DNA of 64,000 nucleotides from Balneolaceae bacterium (GTDB lineage Bacteria; Bacteroidota; Rhodothermia; Balneolales; Balneolaceae), in the NCBI GenBank assembly GCA_965242845.1, contig CBDETC010000002.1:297038-361037 (forward strand). The letters are read 5' to 3'. This document shows, piece by piece, positions 38,100 through 48,189 of this stretch. Every line of letters begins with the position of its first letter. Position 1 is the first letter of the stretch. The position numbers and the translations under genes are program-made. The notes beneath the pieces are model-generated. The model made no database searches. It saw only the letters and a program-made list of their open reading frames with translations, and had not been told where the DNA came from.

Positions 38100-39128
38100 C
38101 TATTTAATAAATCCTGCAGATTTATAAATTCGTTCTATGATACTAACTACTTTCATTCCGTCAAAAGAAGTTGCCGTAGGTTCTTCTTCATTATTTAATA
38201 CATCAGCTATGTTTTCAAAAACATAATGATGGTTAGCAGCACTACCTTTATAAGGTCCATAATCATTAGGGGGATTGGTGGCAGGTAGAGTGGGCATTTC
38301 ATAACCTTCGATATGACAATACTCTATTTCGTTCATGTATTGTCCTCCTACTTTAAAACTCCCTTTAGTTCCAACAACTGTAATGCTGCTCTCCATGTTT
38401 TTATCCCAACATGAAGTAGAATAATTAATAGAGCCCATTCCTCCATTTATAAACTCAAATTGAGCAAAACCCGAATCATCAAAATCCTGTAATTCTGGAT
38501 GAGTAAAATTCTTCACTATCGCTCTTGGATTTTCTATATCTCCAAATACCCAATACATAATATCAATAAAGTGACTGAATTGAGTAAAAAGAGCCCCACC
38601 ATCTAGTTCCTTGCTACCCTTCCAATCACTCACCTTATAGTATCTATCGTCTCGGTTCCAGTAACAGTTCACCTGAACCATTAGAGTTTCTCCTATAACC
38701 CCGTTATCAACAATTTCTTTCATCCAGACAGAAGGAGGGCTATATCGATTTTGTTTTACTACAAATACTTTTTTACCTGATTTTCTTTCAGCTTCTAAAA
38801 TGCGTTTCGCTTCTTCTACTGATAAAGCCATGGGTTTTTCAATCATTACATGATAACCACGATCCAAAAGTAGTACAGCATACTTTGCATGAAACCCATT
38901 TGGAGTAGCAATAGTAACTACATCCGATTCTCCCTTATCCTCATCCAAAAAACTATTTATAGAATTATAAGAAACACACTCTAAATCTAGAGCAGCTACA
39001 GATTCAAATCGTTTAAGATTAGTATCAGTAACAGAGATAAGCTTTGACTGCTCATACTCCTGTATAATTTTAGCATGGCGTTGGCCAATTCTACCAAAAC
39101 CTAATACTGAAAATTGAATAGGACTCAC
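38100..39128 (-). CDS. Gfo/Idh/MocA oxidoreductase (WbpB-like UDP-GlcNAcA 3-dehydrogenase)
   Basis: N-terminal Rossmann motif [13 protein letters not shown] and an EKPM block. Specificity is inferred from context. Confidence 0.65.
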   Translation of the reverse strand: MSPIQFSVLGFGRIGQRHAKIIQEYEQSKLISVTDTNLKRFESVAALDLECVSYNSINSFLDEDKGESDVVTIATPNGFHAKYAVLLLDRGYHVMIEKPMALSVEEAKRILEAERKSGKKVFVVKQNRYSPPSVWMKEIVDNGVIGETLMVQVNCYWNRDDRYYKVSDWKGSKELDGGALFTQFSHFIDIMYWVFGDIENPRAIVKNFTHPELQDFDDSGFAQFEFINGGMGSINYSTSCWDKNMESSITVVGTKGSFKVGGQYMNEIEYCHIEGYEMPTLPATNPPNDYGPYKGSAANHHYVFENIADVLNNEEEPTATSFDGMKVVSIIERIYKSAGFIK

Positions 39129-39139
39129 TTAATCTTCAT

Positions 39140-40318
39140 TTAATCTTTTCCAAATAGATCGCGTGTATACACCTTTTCTTCTACATCTCGGATTTCTTCT
39201 ACCATCCGATTTGCAACAATTACATCAGACAGCTCTTTGAATTCATTCAGATCTCTAATTACTCTGGAATGAAAAAACTCTTCTTCTTTCAGATAAGGTT
39301 CATAAATAACAACTTCAATTCCTTTTGCCTTTATCCGTTTCATAATACCTTGAATTGCGCTCGCCCTAAAATTGTCCGACCCTTGTTTCATTACAAGCCT
39401 GTAAACCCCTACAATCTCTGGACTATTCTTTAGAACTTGATCTGCAATAAAGTCTTTTCTGGTTCTATTGGCATCTACAATAGCCCGTATCAGATTGTTT
39501 GGAACATCTCTGAAGTTAGCAAGCAATTGCTTGGTATCTTTAGGCAAACAATACCCTCCATATCCAAAAGAAGGATTATTATAATGGTCTCCAATTCTTG
39601 GATCTAAGCCTACTCCCTTTATAACCTGAACAGTGCTTAAATTGTGAGACTCACAATATGAATCCAGTTCATTAAAGTAAGCCACTCTCATCGCCAAGTA
39701 AGTATTAGAAAATAATTTAATGGCCTCCGCTTCAGTCGAATCCGTAAACAATACTGATATCTCTTCTAATGGTTTTTCAGCTCCTTCAATTAATAGATCA
39801 GCAAAAACCTTGGCCCTATCCGATTGTTCTCCAACAACAATTCTCGAGGGATGTAAATTATCATAAAGCGCCTTACCCTCTCGTAAAAATTCAGGGGAGA
39901 ATAGAATGTTATCACAGTTAAACTCTTCTTTTGCATGCTTTACATAACCAACAGGAATGGTTGACTTAATCACCATTGTAGCTTCAGGATTAATACTGAG
40001 AACATCTTTTATCACAGCTTCTACTGATCTAGTATCGAACTTATCCGTTTCGGAATTATAATTCGTAGGAGTAGCGATAATAATAAAGTCAGCTTCTTCG
40101 TAAGCCTCTGTTTTATCTACAGTAGCATGGAGATTTAACTGTTTTTCAGATAAAAACCCCTCTATTTCAGGATCACTTATTGGTGATTTCCTACTATTAA
40201 TTTGATCTACTTTTTCCTTGATTATATCTAGAGCTACAACTTTATGATGTTGAGATAATAAAACGGCTAATGATAAACCAACATATCCAGTTCCAGCAAC
40301 TGCAATTTTCATTTCCAA
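39140..40318 (-). CDS. ugd: UDP-glucose 6-dehydrogenase
   Basis: About 390 aa. [19 protein letters not shown], catalytic [10 protein letters not shown] and the length typical of the short Ugd class. Alternative start at 40312. Confidence 0.75.
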   Translation of the reverse strand: MEMKIAVAGTGYVGLSLAVLLSQHHKVVALDIIKEKVDQINSRKSPISDPEIEGFLSEKQLNLHATVDKTEAYEEADFIIIATPTNYNSETDKFDTRSVEAVIKDVLSINPEATMVIKSTIPVGYVKHAKEEFNCDNILFSPEFLREGKALYDNLHPSRIVVGEQSDRAKVFADLLIEGAEKPLEEISVLFTDSTEAEAIKLFSNTYLAMRVAYFNELDSYCESHNLSTVQVIKGVGLDPRIGDHYNNPSFGYGGYCLPKDTKQLLANFRDVPNNLIRAIVDANRTRKDFIADQVLKNSPEIVGVYRLVMKQGSDNFRASAIQGIMKRIKAKGIEVVIYEPYLKEEEFFHSRVIRDLNEFKELSDVIVANRMVEEIRDVEEKVYTRDLFGKD

Positions 40319-40344
40319 ACTCCTAAGATGATTTCACTAATTTG

Positions 40345-41667
40345 TTATGCTTTAAATACCTTATTTCTATTGTACTCAGTTAAAACTGAGTAGACGTTTC
40401 TTGAATCAACAATACAACTACTCCAGCTCAACAATTCTTCGTAATTAACATCCGAATGATCAGTCACAATTAACACTGAATCATAAGACCCAACGTAATC
40501 TTTCTTCCATTCAATACTTTTAGTCCCTTTCCAATTCATATGCTCTCTGGTAGAAGGAATTATAGGAATCCAAGGATCATAATAATCCACCTCTGCACCT
40601 AATTCTACTAACTTATCCATTATTGGAAATGATGGAGACTCTCTCATGTCATCTACGTTAGGTTTATATGCAATTCCTAGCACCAAAATCTTACTTCCTT
40701 TTACTGACTTTGACTGTTCATTCAAGGCAAGGATAAGTTTATTAATTACAAACTGCGGCATTGCGTTATTCACTTCCCCTGCTAGTTCAATAAATCTTGT
40801 ATTTAATCCAAATTCTCTCGCCTTCCAGGTAAGATAAAATGGATCTATGGGAATACAATGTCCACCAAGCCCGGGTCCTGGCGTAAATTTCATAAATCCA
40901 AATGGCTTTGTAGCTGCTGCTTCTATTACCTCATGAATATCAATTCCCATTGCATCCATCACCACCTTCATTTCATTCACGAGTGCAATATTAACAGAAC
41001 GAAAAATATTCTCCAGTAGTTTTGCAGACTCTGCAACCTTGGCTGAAGAAACGGGAATAACCTTATCGATTGCTTCACGATATAAAGCAACCGCTATTTC
41101 TCGAGCTTTTTTTGTAGAAGCTCCAACAAGTTTTGGAATACTTTGAGTATCAAAATCCGGATTTCCCGGATCCTCCCGCTCTGGGCTGTACGCTATGTAA
41201 AAATCTTCCCCCTCCACTAACCCTGATTCCTTTTGCAATATTCCAGTGAGGAGTTCATCCGACGTTCCCGGCCAAGTTGTAGATTCTAATACTACAAGCT
41301 GATCTTTCTTTAAATACAAAGAAATACTTCTCGTTGTTTCTTCTACATAGGTCATATCCGGCTCGCGGAAATGATCTAAAGGAGTGGGGACACAGATAAG
41401 AATAGCATCGACTTTTGCTAATTCTTTAAAATCTGAGGTTACACTACAACGATCAGATTCTGAAAGAATAAACATCTCATTATCTGAAAAATGCTTTATA
41501 TAGCTCTTCCCTGATTCGATTAACTTAATTTTATCTTCGTCAATATCAAATCCGTAAACAGGGAATCCTGAAGAATGGAAGGTTTTAAGTAATGGAAGAC
41601 CTACATAACCTAATCCGATAATACCAACCGTATAATCTTTAGTTTTTATTCTTTCTCTAATATGCAA
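40345..41667 (-). CDS. nucleotide-sugar 6-dehydrogenase (WbpA/TviB-like, UDP-N-acetyl-hexosamine dehydrogenase)
   Basis: 440 aa with VGIIGLGYVGLPL and GLGGHCIPIDP catalytic Cys blocks. Uses a TTG start; there is no in-frame ATG upstream of the Rossmann motif. Confidence 0.65.
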   Translation of the reverse strand: MHIRERIKTKDYTVGIIGLGYVGLPLLKTFHSSGFPVYGFDIDEDKIKLIESGKSYIKHFSDNEMFILSESDRCSVTSDFKELAKVDAILICVPTPLDHFREPDMTYVEETTRSISLYLKKDQLVVLESTTWPGTSDELLTGILQKESGLVEGEDFYIAYSPEREDPGNPDFDTQSIPKLVGASTKKAREIAVALYREAIDKVIPVSSAKVAESAKLLENIFRSVNIALVNEMKVVMDAMGIDIHEVIEAAATKPFGFMKFTPGPGLGGHCIPIDPFYLTWKAREFGLNTRFIELAGEVNNAMPQFVINKLILALNEQSKSVKGSKILVLGIAYKPNVDDMRESPSFPIMDKLVELGAEVDYYDPWIPIIPSTREHMNWKGTKSIEWKKDYVGSYDSVLIVTDHSDVNYEELLSWSSCIVDSRNVYSVLTEYNRNKVFKA

Positions 41668-41682
41668 AATTGGAGCTTTCTT

Positions 41683-41721
41683 AAAATAAAAATGGCACAG
41701 AAGGTATAAATTTCTGTGCCA
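41683..41721 (-). terminator. rho-independent terminator between two polysaccharide transcription units
   Basis: The minus strand reads TGGCACAGAA-ATTTATACC-TTCTGTGCCA, a 10-bp stem followed by TTTTTATTTT, 25 nt after the stop of the sugar-transferase gene. Confidence 0.75.
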
Positions 41722-41745
41722 AATTAAGATATAATTCTTTGATGA

Positions 41746-42444
41746 TTATCTAGCGCCTCTGCCTATTAACACATTTTTAGCAATTACGAATAATAATTTA
41801 ATATCCAGCATAAACGAAGCTGAATTTACATAAAGCACATCCATTTTCATCCAATTCTTGAAATCTGTTTCTTTTCTAAAGTAGGCTTGCCAAATACACC
41901 CAAGACCGGGTTTCATTTTAAAGCGATTTAATTCCTCTTCAGAATATACATCCAGTGGAGTTGATAATGGACGTGGCCCAATGAGAGTCATATTACCTTT
42001 CAAAATATTAAATAATTGAGGTAACTCGTCAATACTGGTTTTTCTAAGGAATTTCCCAATTTTTGTGACTCTGGGATCATTATCAGTTTTAAAGAGCTTT
42101 CCTCCTTTCATTTCATTCAGGTGGCTAAATTTATGCTGAAGCGAATGAGCTCCATCAACCATCGTTCTGAATTTATAAATAGAAAAGGGCATTCCAGAAT
42201 GACCATATCGGGTATGTTTAAACAAAACCGGCCCCTTTGAAGTAATTTTAATAGCTATAGCAACCGTTAAGAGAAATGGAGATAAAGAAATTACGGCACA
42301 TAAAGCTAGAAAATATTCCGAAAAGTACTTGATTTTTATATAGTTAGTTTCTTTAGGAGCTATATAAAATACTGCCTTTCTCTCTTTTTTTAACCCCGAT
42401 ACTGTCAAGTCTTCTATCTGGAAATTTTGTAGCAACTCTTCCAT
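41746..42444 (-). CDS. undecaprenyl-phosphate sugar-phosphate transferase (bacterial sugar transferase family, small PglC/WbaP-C type)
   Basis: 232 aa with one N-terminal TM. Blocks KFRTM, DELPQLFNILKGNMTLIGPRP and KPGLGCIWQ. Confidence 0.85.
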   Translation of the reverse strand: MEELLQNFQIEDLTVSGLKKERKAVFYIAPKETNYIKIKYFSEYFLALCAVISLSPFLLTVAIAIKITSKGPVLFKHTRYGHSGMPFSIYKFRTMVDGAHSLQHKFSHLNEMKGGKLFKTDNDPRVTKIGKFLRKTSIDELPQLFNILKGNMTLIGPRPLSTPLDVYSEEELNRFKMKPGLGCIWQAYFRKETDFKNWMKMDVLYVNSASFMLDIKLLFVIAKNVLIGRGAR

Positions 42445-42536
42445 ATAAACACTTATTTAAAATTGATCGATGAAACTAATGTTAATTAGCTAGATTATCA
42501 ATATTTCTTAGGAATGATATTATTTCTTATAAATAT

Positions 42537-43613
42537 TTAATATTCCATTAATACATCTTTATATAGGTGGATCATTTTATCAACCGAGTTATGCCAATCA
42601 TAATACTCCAACACCCTTTCTCTCCCTGAATTACCTAATTTTTTTCTTATTTTCTCATTCAAGTAAAGTTCTTCCAATGCAGCAGCAGCAGCATTAATAT
42701 TCTCTTTTGGAACAATTATCCCCGTTTTCGACTCCTCTACTACTTCTGGGAGTCCTCCCGCATTAGATACCAAAACTGGAACTTCCATTGCAGACGCTTC
42801 TAAAATAGCAACACCAAAACTTTCAGAATCTAGTCTACTCAAGGCTGCAAAAACATCAAACTTTTGTATCCATAAATGCACTTTTCTGTGAGGTACCCTT
42901 CCAATAAACTCACAATCAGATTCAACTCCTAAACTTATAGCTAGTTTTTGTAGCTTTTTCTTTTTAGACCCATCCCCAACTATGTATAGCTTTATATTCT
43001 TTTCAGGGTAACGTTTACGAAACTTCGCAAATGAGGCAATGAGAATATCAATGCCATATTTGTCTTCAAGCCACTTCACTGTTCCAATAATAAACTCTTC
43101 TTTTTTTTTATCAGGACTGGACGTTTTTATAGGTTTGAATTGCTTCGTATCAATACCAAATGGTGTAATGACAATTTCACGATCAATATATTTTTTTATT
43201 TGCTTTGCCATTATTAGACTTGTAGAGCATATAGCTGCTGCTTCTTTTAAGTTTTTTTCAACAATTGACCGAAAAATATTTTTGTTGGTATCATCATAAA
43301 TATCACTACCTAACACTGAAATAATGTGTGGTTTAAAACCAGTCATTCTGCCCAAAAAACTGTGACCAAGAGCGTAAAAGGAATGTATAATATCTGGTTG
43401 AATTCTCGCTATCTCTTTTCTTAGAAAAGGGATATTTAGAATGTATCCATAAGGGTTCCTGAAAGGAAGTTTTCTAAGCCGCACTTCTGAATTAAGACTT
43501 TCAATCGGATCATGCATGGTAAATAAGTCAACAATAACTCCTCTTCTTGAAAGTGAGTTTGCCCATCTGATAATATGAATGGAGGCTTGAGATCCAATGA
43601 GAGCAACATGCAT
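42537..43613 (-). CDS. glycosyltransferase family 4
   Basis: GT-B architecture with an E-x7-E block ESFGVAILEASAMEVPVLVSNAGGLPEVV. Confidence 0.8.
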   Translation of the reverse strand: MHVALIGSQASIHIIRWANSLSRRGVIVDLFTMHDPIESLNSEVRLRKLPFRNPYGYILNIPFLRKEIARIQPDIIHSFYALGHSFLGRMTGFKPHIISVLGSDIYDDTNKNIFRSIVEKNLKEAAAICSTSLIMAKQIKKYIDREIVITPFGIDTKQFKPIKTSSPDKKKEEFIIGTVKWLEDKYGIDILIASFAKFRKRYPEKNIKLYIVGDGSKKKKLQKLAISLGVESDCEFIGRVPHRKVHLWIQKFDVFAALSRLDSESFGVAILEASAMEVPVLVSNAGGLPEVVEESKTGIIVPKENINAAAAALEELYLNEKIRKKLGNSGRERVLEYYDWHNSVDKMIHLYKDVLMEY

Positions 43614-43617
43614 TAAA

Positions 43618-44907
43618 TCACCTTATTATAAATTTTTTGAATAATGTAATCGGATACAGAAATGATAGAAAGAGTTCCCTTGATAAATCCTTTGTTTCTT
43701 TAAAAAAACTAAAGAAAAGCATACCTCCAAGAAACCAACTTAAGATAAATGCAAATGATGAACCGATAATCCCTACTTTATCAATCAATATTATGTTTAA
43801 TACAACCGACAGTAAAGTTGTTAAAAACATTGACATAAGATACAAAAGTGTTTGATTTTTAATGACTAGCCAAGCCTTTATACCATCATTCAAAAAAATG
43901 AACGGTAGCCCAAAAATAAGTATTTGAAATACCTTCCCTCCTCCTTGGTATAGCTCTCCAAAAACTATTTGTACTAGAAAATCAGAAAAAGGAGCAAACA
44001 GTATTACCAAACAGATTGAAATGCTTGTTGTATAACCAAACATTTTTTTTGCTAAAAAATAATATCTTTCATTTTCTTCTGTAGCTGTTAGAACTGAAAT
44101 AAATGAAAGTGATATAGCAGATGAGATGAATGTCCAAATACTTACCATCTTCATTGAAGCTGAATAGATACCTAATGAGCTTAGATCAAGCATAGATTCT
44201 ATAATAAATCTATCAATAAGTAAAGAACAGGTAAATATCAGTTTTGCAAGAATCATGAACCCACCTGTTTTTATTATTCTTTTCTGGATGGAAGTAAACG
44301 AACTAAAGAAAACAGGTTTTATGTGTTTTCTGAACACAATTAAAAAACCAATACCTGCACAAAAAAGCTGCAAAGCATAAGTCACTGCAAACCAAATAAT
44401 ATTGGATGAATTTATAATCAGAATTACATTGACAAACATATACAGTATTTGAGCTATAAGCTGAACTCTGACTGTATATTTAACCTGTAGACGAGAATGA
44501 AACCAAAGTTCAAAGGCCTCAAATGAACGAAACAAAATCCCCAGGCCGCATATTAAGGCGATGAACTTAATTAACATCGGTATTTCAAAAGCAAATAAGA
44601 CTAATGCTAGAATACCATAAAGCAATAAATTCCCAACAAGCATTAGCTGGAAAGCAGCAGATGAAACAAGCCCGTCATCTAATTCTAGTTGCTTAATCTT
44701 TTTTATCACAACTTCTTTCAGTCCTTGGGACCAAAAAAGCATCATTAACTCAGCTATGGCAATACCATAAACAAGTTTACCATATACTTCTGGACCAAGA
44801 TAACGAGCAATCCATGCGGTAATAAAAAAGGCGAGAATTAAACGTATAACTCTATAGCCAAATATCCAGGTTATATTTTTAAGAACTGCATCTTTTAGGC
44901 GCTTCAA
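43618..44907 (-). CDS. oligosaccharide flippase (Wzx / polysaccharide-biosynthesis-protein family), copy 2
   Basis: 429 aa, about 12 TM helices. N-terminal block ILAFFITAWIARYLGPEVYGKL is typical of Wzx-type flippases. Confidence 0.7.
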   Translation of the reverse strand: MKRLKDAVLKNITWIFGYRVIRLILAFFITAWIARYLGPEVYGKLVYGIAIAELMMLFWSQGLKEVVIKKIKQLELDDGLVSSAAFQLMLVGNLLLYGILALVLFAFEIPMLIKFIALICGLGILFRSFEAFELWFHSRLQVKYTVRVQLIAQILYMFVNVILIINSSNIIWFAVTYALQLFCAGIGFLIVFRKHIKPVFFSSFTSIQKRIIKTGGFMILAKLIFTCSLLIDRFIIESMLDLSSLGIYSASMKMVSIWTFISSAISLSFISVLTATEENERYYFLAKKMFGYTTSISICLVILFAPFSDFLVQIVFGELYQGGGKVFQILIFGLPFIFLNDGIKAWLVIKNQTLLYLMSMFLTTLLSVVLNIILIDKVGIIGSSFAFILSWFLGGMLFFSFFKETKDLSRELFLSFLYPITLFKKFIIR

Positions 44908-44934
44908 ACTTATCCGCTTTATTTTTTGACCAAA

Positions 44935-46239
44935 CTACCAGTTTATTCCTTCCAGATTAGAGAATTTTTTGGAATGTTGGTTACGCGTCAATTCAATAAA
45001 GTATTTGTCTTCATACTTACCGGGAAGATCGATGTATCTTGAATCTTTGTGTGAAATAATAACAACCTCGGCTGACTCAATTACCTTATCCATATCAGAT
45101 TTTAAGAGTTGACCAATATGGGGTAAATGTTCATCAATGTAAGTCTTATTGATACCTAAAAGATTGGTATATGCAATGTTCCTATCGTAAATAGAAATGT
45201 TCATTCCCTTTCCAAGTAAACCTTCAGCTACATCAACATATGGACTATACCTCAAGTCATCAGTACCCTCTTTAAAAGAAAGACCTAGTATGGCAACATT
45301 CTTTACTTTTAAAGACACTATCTTTTGAATTGCCTTCCTTTTTAAAGACTCATTGGTACCCGGTACAGAAGTAAGCATTGGTATTTCTACGAACTCTTTT
45401 TTACCCAGATATATTAATCCACTCAAGTCTTTTGGTAAGCATGATCCCCCATAGGCAAATCCTGGTTTTGTATAAGCCTTACCTAGATTTAGCTTACCGT
45501 CTTTAGCAAAGAGATTCATCACATCATGAGAATCCACTCCTAATTCTTTACAAATACCTCCCACTTCATTTGCAAACGATATTTTGACAGCGTGCCACGA
45601 ATTATTAACAAACTTTATAATTTCGGCTACATTGACATGTACTTCCTCAACCGGCGCTTCCAGATCTATATAGATATCTCTTGCCATTTTCGAAGCCTCT
45701 CCTGATTCCGAGCCTATAACAGTAACAGGGGGCTCGAAATAATCCGCTACCGCAGTCCCTTCTCTTAAAAACTCAGGATTCGATATAACTGCAAAATCTT
45801 CCCCAATGCGTTTCCCTGATTTGCTGGCAATTATTTCCTCCACAATTGCACAAGTTCCTGGAGGAACTGTACTCCTAACGGCTACTACATGAAATTCTTC
45901 TTTATTCAGCAGTACCTCCCCAATCTGGGTTGCAACATTTTTAACATAATCTAAATCCATAATCCCTGTGGCAGCTACAGGAGTTCCAACACAAATGAAG
46001 CTAAAACTGGAATTTTTTACTGCCTCTTCAACTGATGTTGTTGCTCGGATTAATCCTTCATCGTTTCCCTTTTTGATAAGTTCGTCAATCCCCTCTTCTA
46101 TGATTGTTGCTTTGCCCTGATTAATAAGACTGACTTTATGCTCTGAAACATCAACCCCTATGACTTGATGTCCCATTTTTGACAAGCATCCCAAACTTAC
46201 ACATCCTACGTAGCCAAGTCCAAAAACTGAAATCTTCAT
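44935..46239 (-). CDS. GDP-mannose 6-dehydrogenase (AlgD-like)
   Basis: The N-terminus MKISVFGLGYVGCVSLGCLSKMGHQVIGVDVSEHKVSLINQGKATIIEEG closely parallels AlgD as I recall it (MRISIFGLGYVGAVCAGCL..GHEVIGVDVS..K..LINQGKSPIVEPG). Catalytic YGGSCLPKD. Confidence 0.7.
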   Translation of the reverse strand: MKISVFGLGYVGCVSLGCLSKMGHQVIGVDVSEHKVSLINQGKATIIEEGIDELIKKGNDEGLIRATTSVEEAVKNSSFSFICVGTPVAATGIMDLDYVKNVATQIGEVLLNKEEFHVVAVRSTVPPGTCAIVEEIIASKSGKRIGEDFAVISNPEFLREGTAVADYFEPPVTVIGSESGEASKMARDIYIDLEAPVEEVHVNVAEIIKFVNNSWHAVKISFANEVGGICKELGVDSHDVMNLFAKDGKLNLGKAYTKPGFAYGGSCLPKDLSGLIYLGKKEFVEIPMLTSVPGTNESLKRKAIQKIVSLKVKNVAILGLSFKEGTDDLRYSPYVDVAEGLLGKGMNISIYDRNIAYTNLLGINKTYIDEHLPHIGQLLKSDMDKVIESAEVVIISHKDSRYIDLPGKYEDKYFIELTRNQHSKKFSNLEGINW

Positions 46240-46242
46240 TAT

Positions 46243-47259
46243 CTATTTGCTCAAGTATTTTTTTACTAATTCATACATCATATAAGTAACATCCACCCAT
46301 TTCTCTTGAAGGTTATTTCTGTACTCCTCTTGTGAAAAATCAAAGCTTATAGTTCCTCGTAAAGAATCAGATAGATCAGCGGGTGAAACTACAAAAAACC
46401 TACCTTCTTTTTGAATAAATCTATTCGCTGCCATGTCTCTGAAACCCACATAAAAACTTGGAACGCCAAGCATTGCTCCTTCCCTGGCCATACTATCTCC
46501 AGAAGATACAATTGCCTTAGAATAATACATCAATGAATGAATATCCGGAACCGGTTCTTCAAGAATAGTCCAGTCTTTAGGATAATGATTTTTGTGCGTC
46601 TTATTTTCAAGTGATAGAATCACTTTAACACCTTTTGGGAATCTATCTGAAACACTTGCAATTGTAGCCGAATCTTGCCCCATATAATTTAAAGTTCCGT
46701 TATCTACTTCCCTTACAAAAATATAACCCTTCTTTTCAAGTTCGTATTCCTTTAAAATATGTGGCTTAGGATTAAAATAACTTGGCGAAAGATACGCCCA
46801 CTCTTTTAAAGCCCTATATGTCTTGACTGAGGTACCACTGAAATCAGTAATCTCAGGGTAGTAAACTTCAGAACTTGTTTTCTGTTCAAGCCAAAGATTT
46901 ATTCTCCTTTCTGGATCATCGTAGAATTGAAGATTAGGAATCCCTCTTAGTTTACAACCTAGCCCGGTAACAAAAGCATCGACACCAAGCATAAGTTTGA
47001 TATTTTTTTTATTTAGAAGTGAATAACCTTTAAAGAATTTTAAAATATTAGCATCGAAAATTATCGAAGCTTTTGTCCCCTTATGCGACCCTATATCGTA
47101 TGAAGGAATTCCTTCAAATTCTGTCATTATAATTTTGGGTAATTTACCTCTTTTTATGTAGGATATTATCACTTCAAACCCATCATTTTTTAACTTGAGT
47201 ATTACCGGCTTAAAAAAATTTACATGAGCTACATGTTTTATATCAAAAAGAACAGTCAT
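46243..47259 (-). CDS. DUF354 domain protein (GT-B/epimerase-like fold, function unknown)
   Basis: 338 aa. The N-terminus FDIKHVAHVNFFKPVILKLKNDGFEV matches the DUF354 opening pattern (D-I-x-x-x-x-H-V-x-F-F-x-P-x-I-x-x-L-x-x-x-G-H-E-V). Confidence 0.5.
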   Translation of the reverse strand: MTVLFDIKHVAHVNFFKPVILKLKNDGFEVIISYIKRGKLPKIIMTEFEGIPSYDIGSHKGTKASIIFDANILKFFKGYSLLNKKNIKLMLGVDAFVTGLGCKLRGIPNLQFYDDPERRINLWLEQKTSSEVYYPEITDFSGTSVKTYRALKEWAYLSPSYFNPKPHILKEYELEKKGYIFVREVDNGTLNYMGQDSATIASVSDRFPKGVKVILSLENKTHKNHYPKDWTILEEPVPDIHSLMYYSKAIVSSGDSMAREGAMLGVPSFYVGFRDMAANRFIQKEGRFFVVSPADLSDSLRGTISFDFSQEEYRNNLQEKWVDVTYMMYELVKKYLSK

Positions 47260-48179
47260 AGTAACTGTGTATAGATAGTATAAATTTCGTCCGCAATTCT
47301 ATTATTGTCGTAATAAAATACTTGTTCATTATTTTTAATTCTCTCTCTTTTCAGCAATATCTCCGAAAGTGCCTTAGATAATTGATCCTCATCTTCATCA
47401 CAAACGATTGTATTGTCGGAACCATGTAGAATTCTGCTTACTTCACCCACATTTGTAGCAACTACAGGCAATCTAAAGTATAACGCTTCTTTTATTACCT
47501 GAGGAGAGCCCTCCATTCGGCTAGTTAGGAGAAGAGCATCAGAAGCACACATTAGAAGATTTACCTCTTCTCTGGAATACCCAGATAATTCAACTAAAGA
47601 AAGATCTGAAAATGATTCTGCTTGCGAGTTTATAACTGCTTTTGCTAACTCAGGATTCTTTTCAGGCCGGTTAAAACTAGAGGCAAATAAAACTTTATAT
47701 GAAGATTGATCCCAACCAAGCTTTTCCCTAGCAAAAGACTTTGAATACGCTTTTTCATTTAAATTAATACCACAAGGAATTACTGAACGATTTAATGAAA
47801 ATACTTTATTACTTAAACTTTTAGTAACAAAAATTGAGTGTTGCGACAACAAAATTGCAATCTGAGAGAATATCCTGTGCAGAATATTGTTTATGTCACT
47901 TCCATGTAAAGTAATAACCCTTTTTTTAGAAAAAGTTAAACAGGAAACCAGCCCAGATAAACCATAATGAGAATGTATTATATTTATTTCATTACCTTTA
48001 CTTCTTAAGAATTTTTTTAAACGAAAACTTTCCTTTAAATAACCCCTTAGTCCAGATTTATTTACGAAAAAAAACTCAAACTCAATTTTAGAATATTTTT
48101 TCTTAATAGTATTTACTTGTTCTTCGATAAATGGATGAAGTCTTCCAGCTTTACCATTTGCGACAATAAGTACTTTCAT
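47256..48179 (-). CDS. glycosyltransferase family 4 (short)
   Basis: E-x7-E block EGSPQVIKEALYFRLPVVATNVG. Confidence 0.7.
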   Translation of the reverse strand: MKVLIVANGKAGRLHPFIEEQVNTIKKKYSKIEFEFFFVNKSGLRGYLKESFRLKKFLRSKGNEINIIHSHYGLSGLVSCLTFSKKRVITLHGSDINNILHRIFSQIAILLSQHSIFVTKSLSNKVFSLNRSVIPCGINLNEKAYSKSFAREKLGWDQSSYKVLFASSFNRPEKNPELAKAVINSQAESFSDLSLVELSGYSREEVNLLMCASDALLLTSRMEGSPQVIKEALYFRLPVVATNVGEVSRILHGSDNTIVCDEDEDQLSKALSEILLKRERIKNNEQVFYYDNNRIADEIYTIYTQLL

Positions 48180-48189
48180 CTTGTAAATA

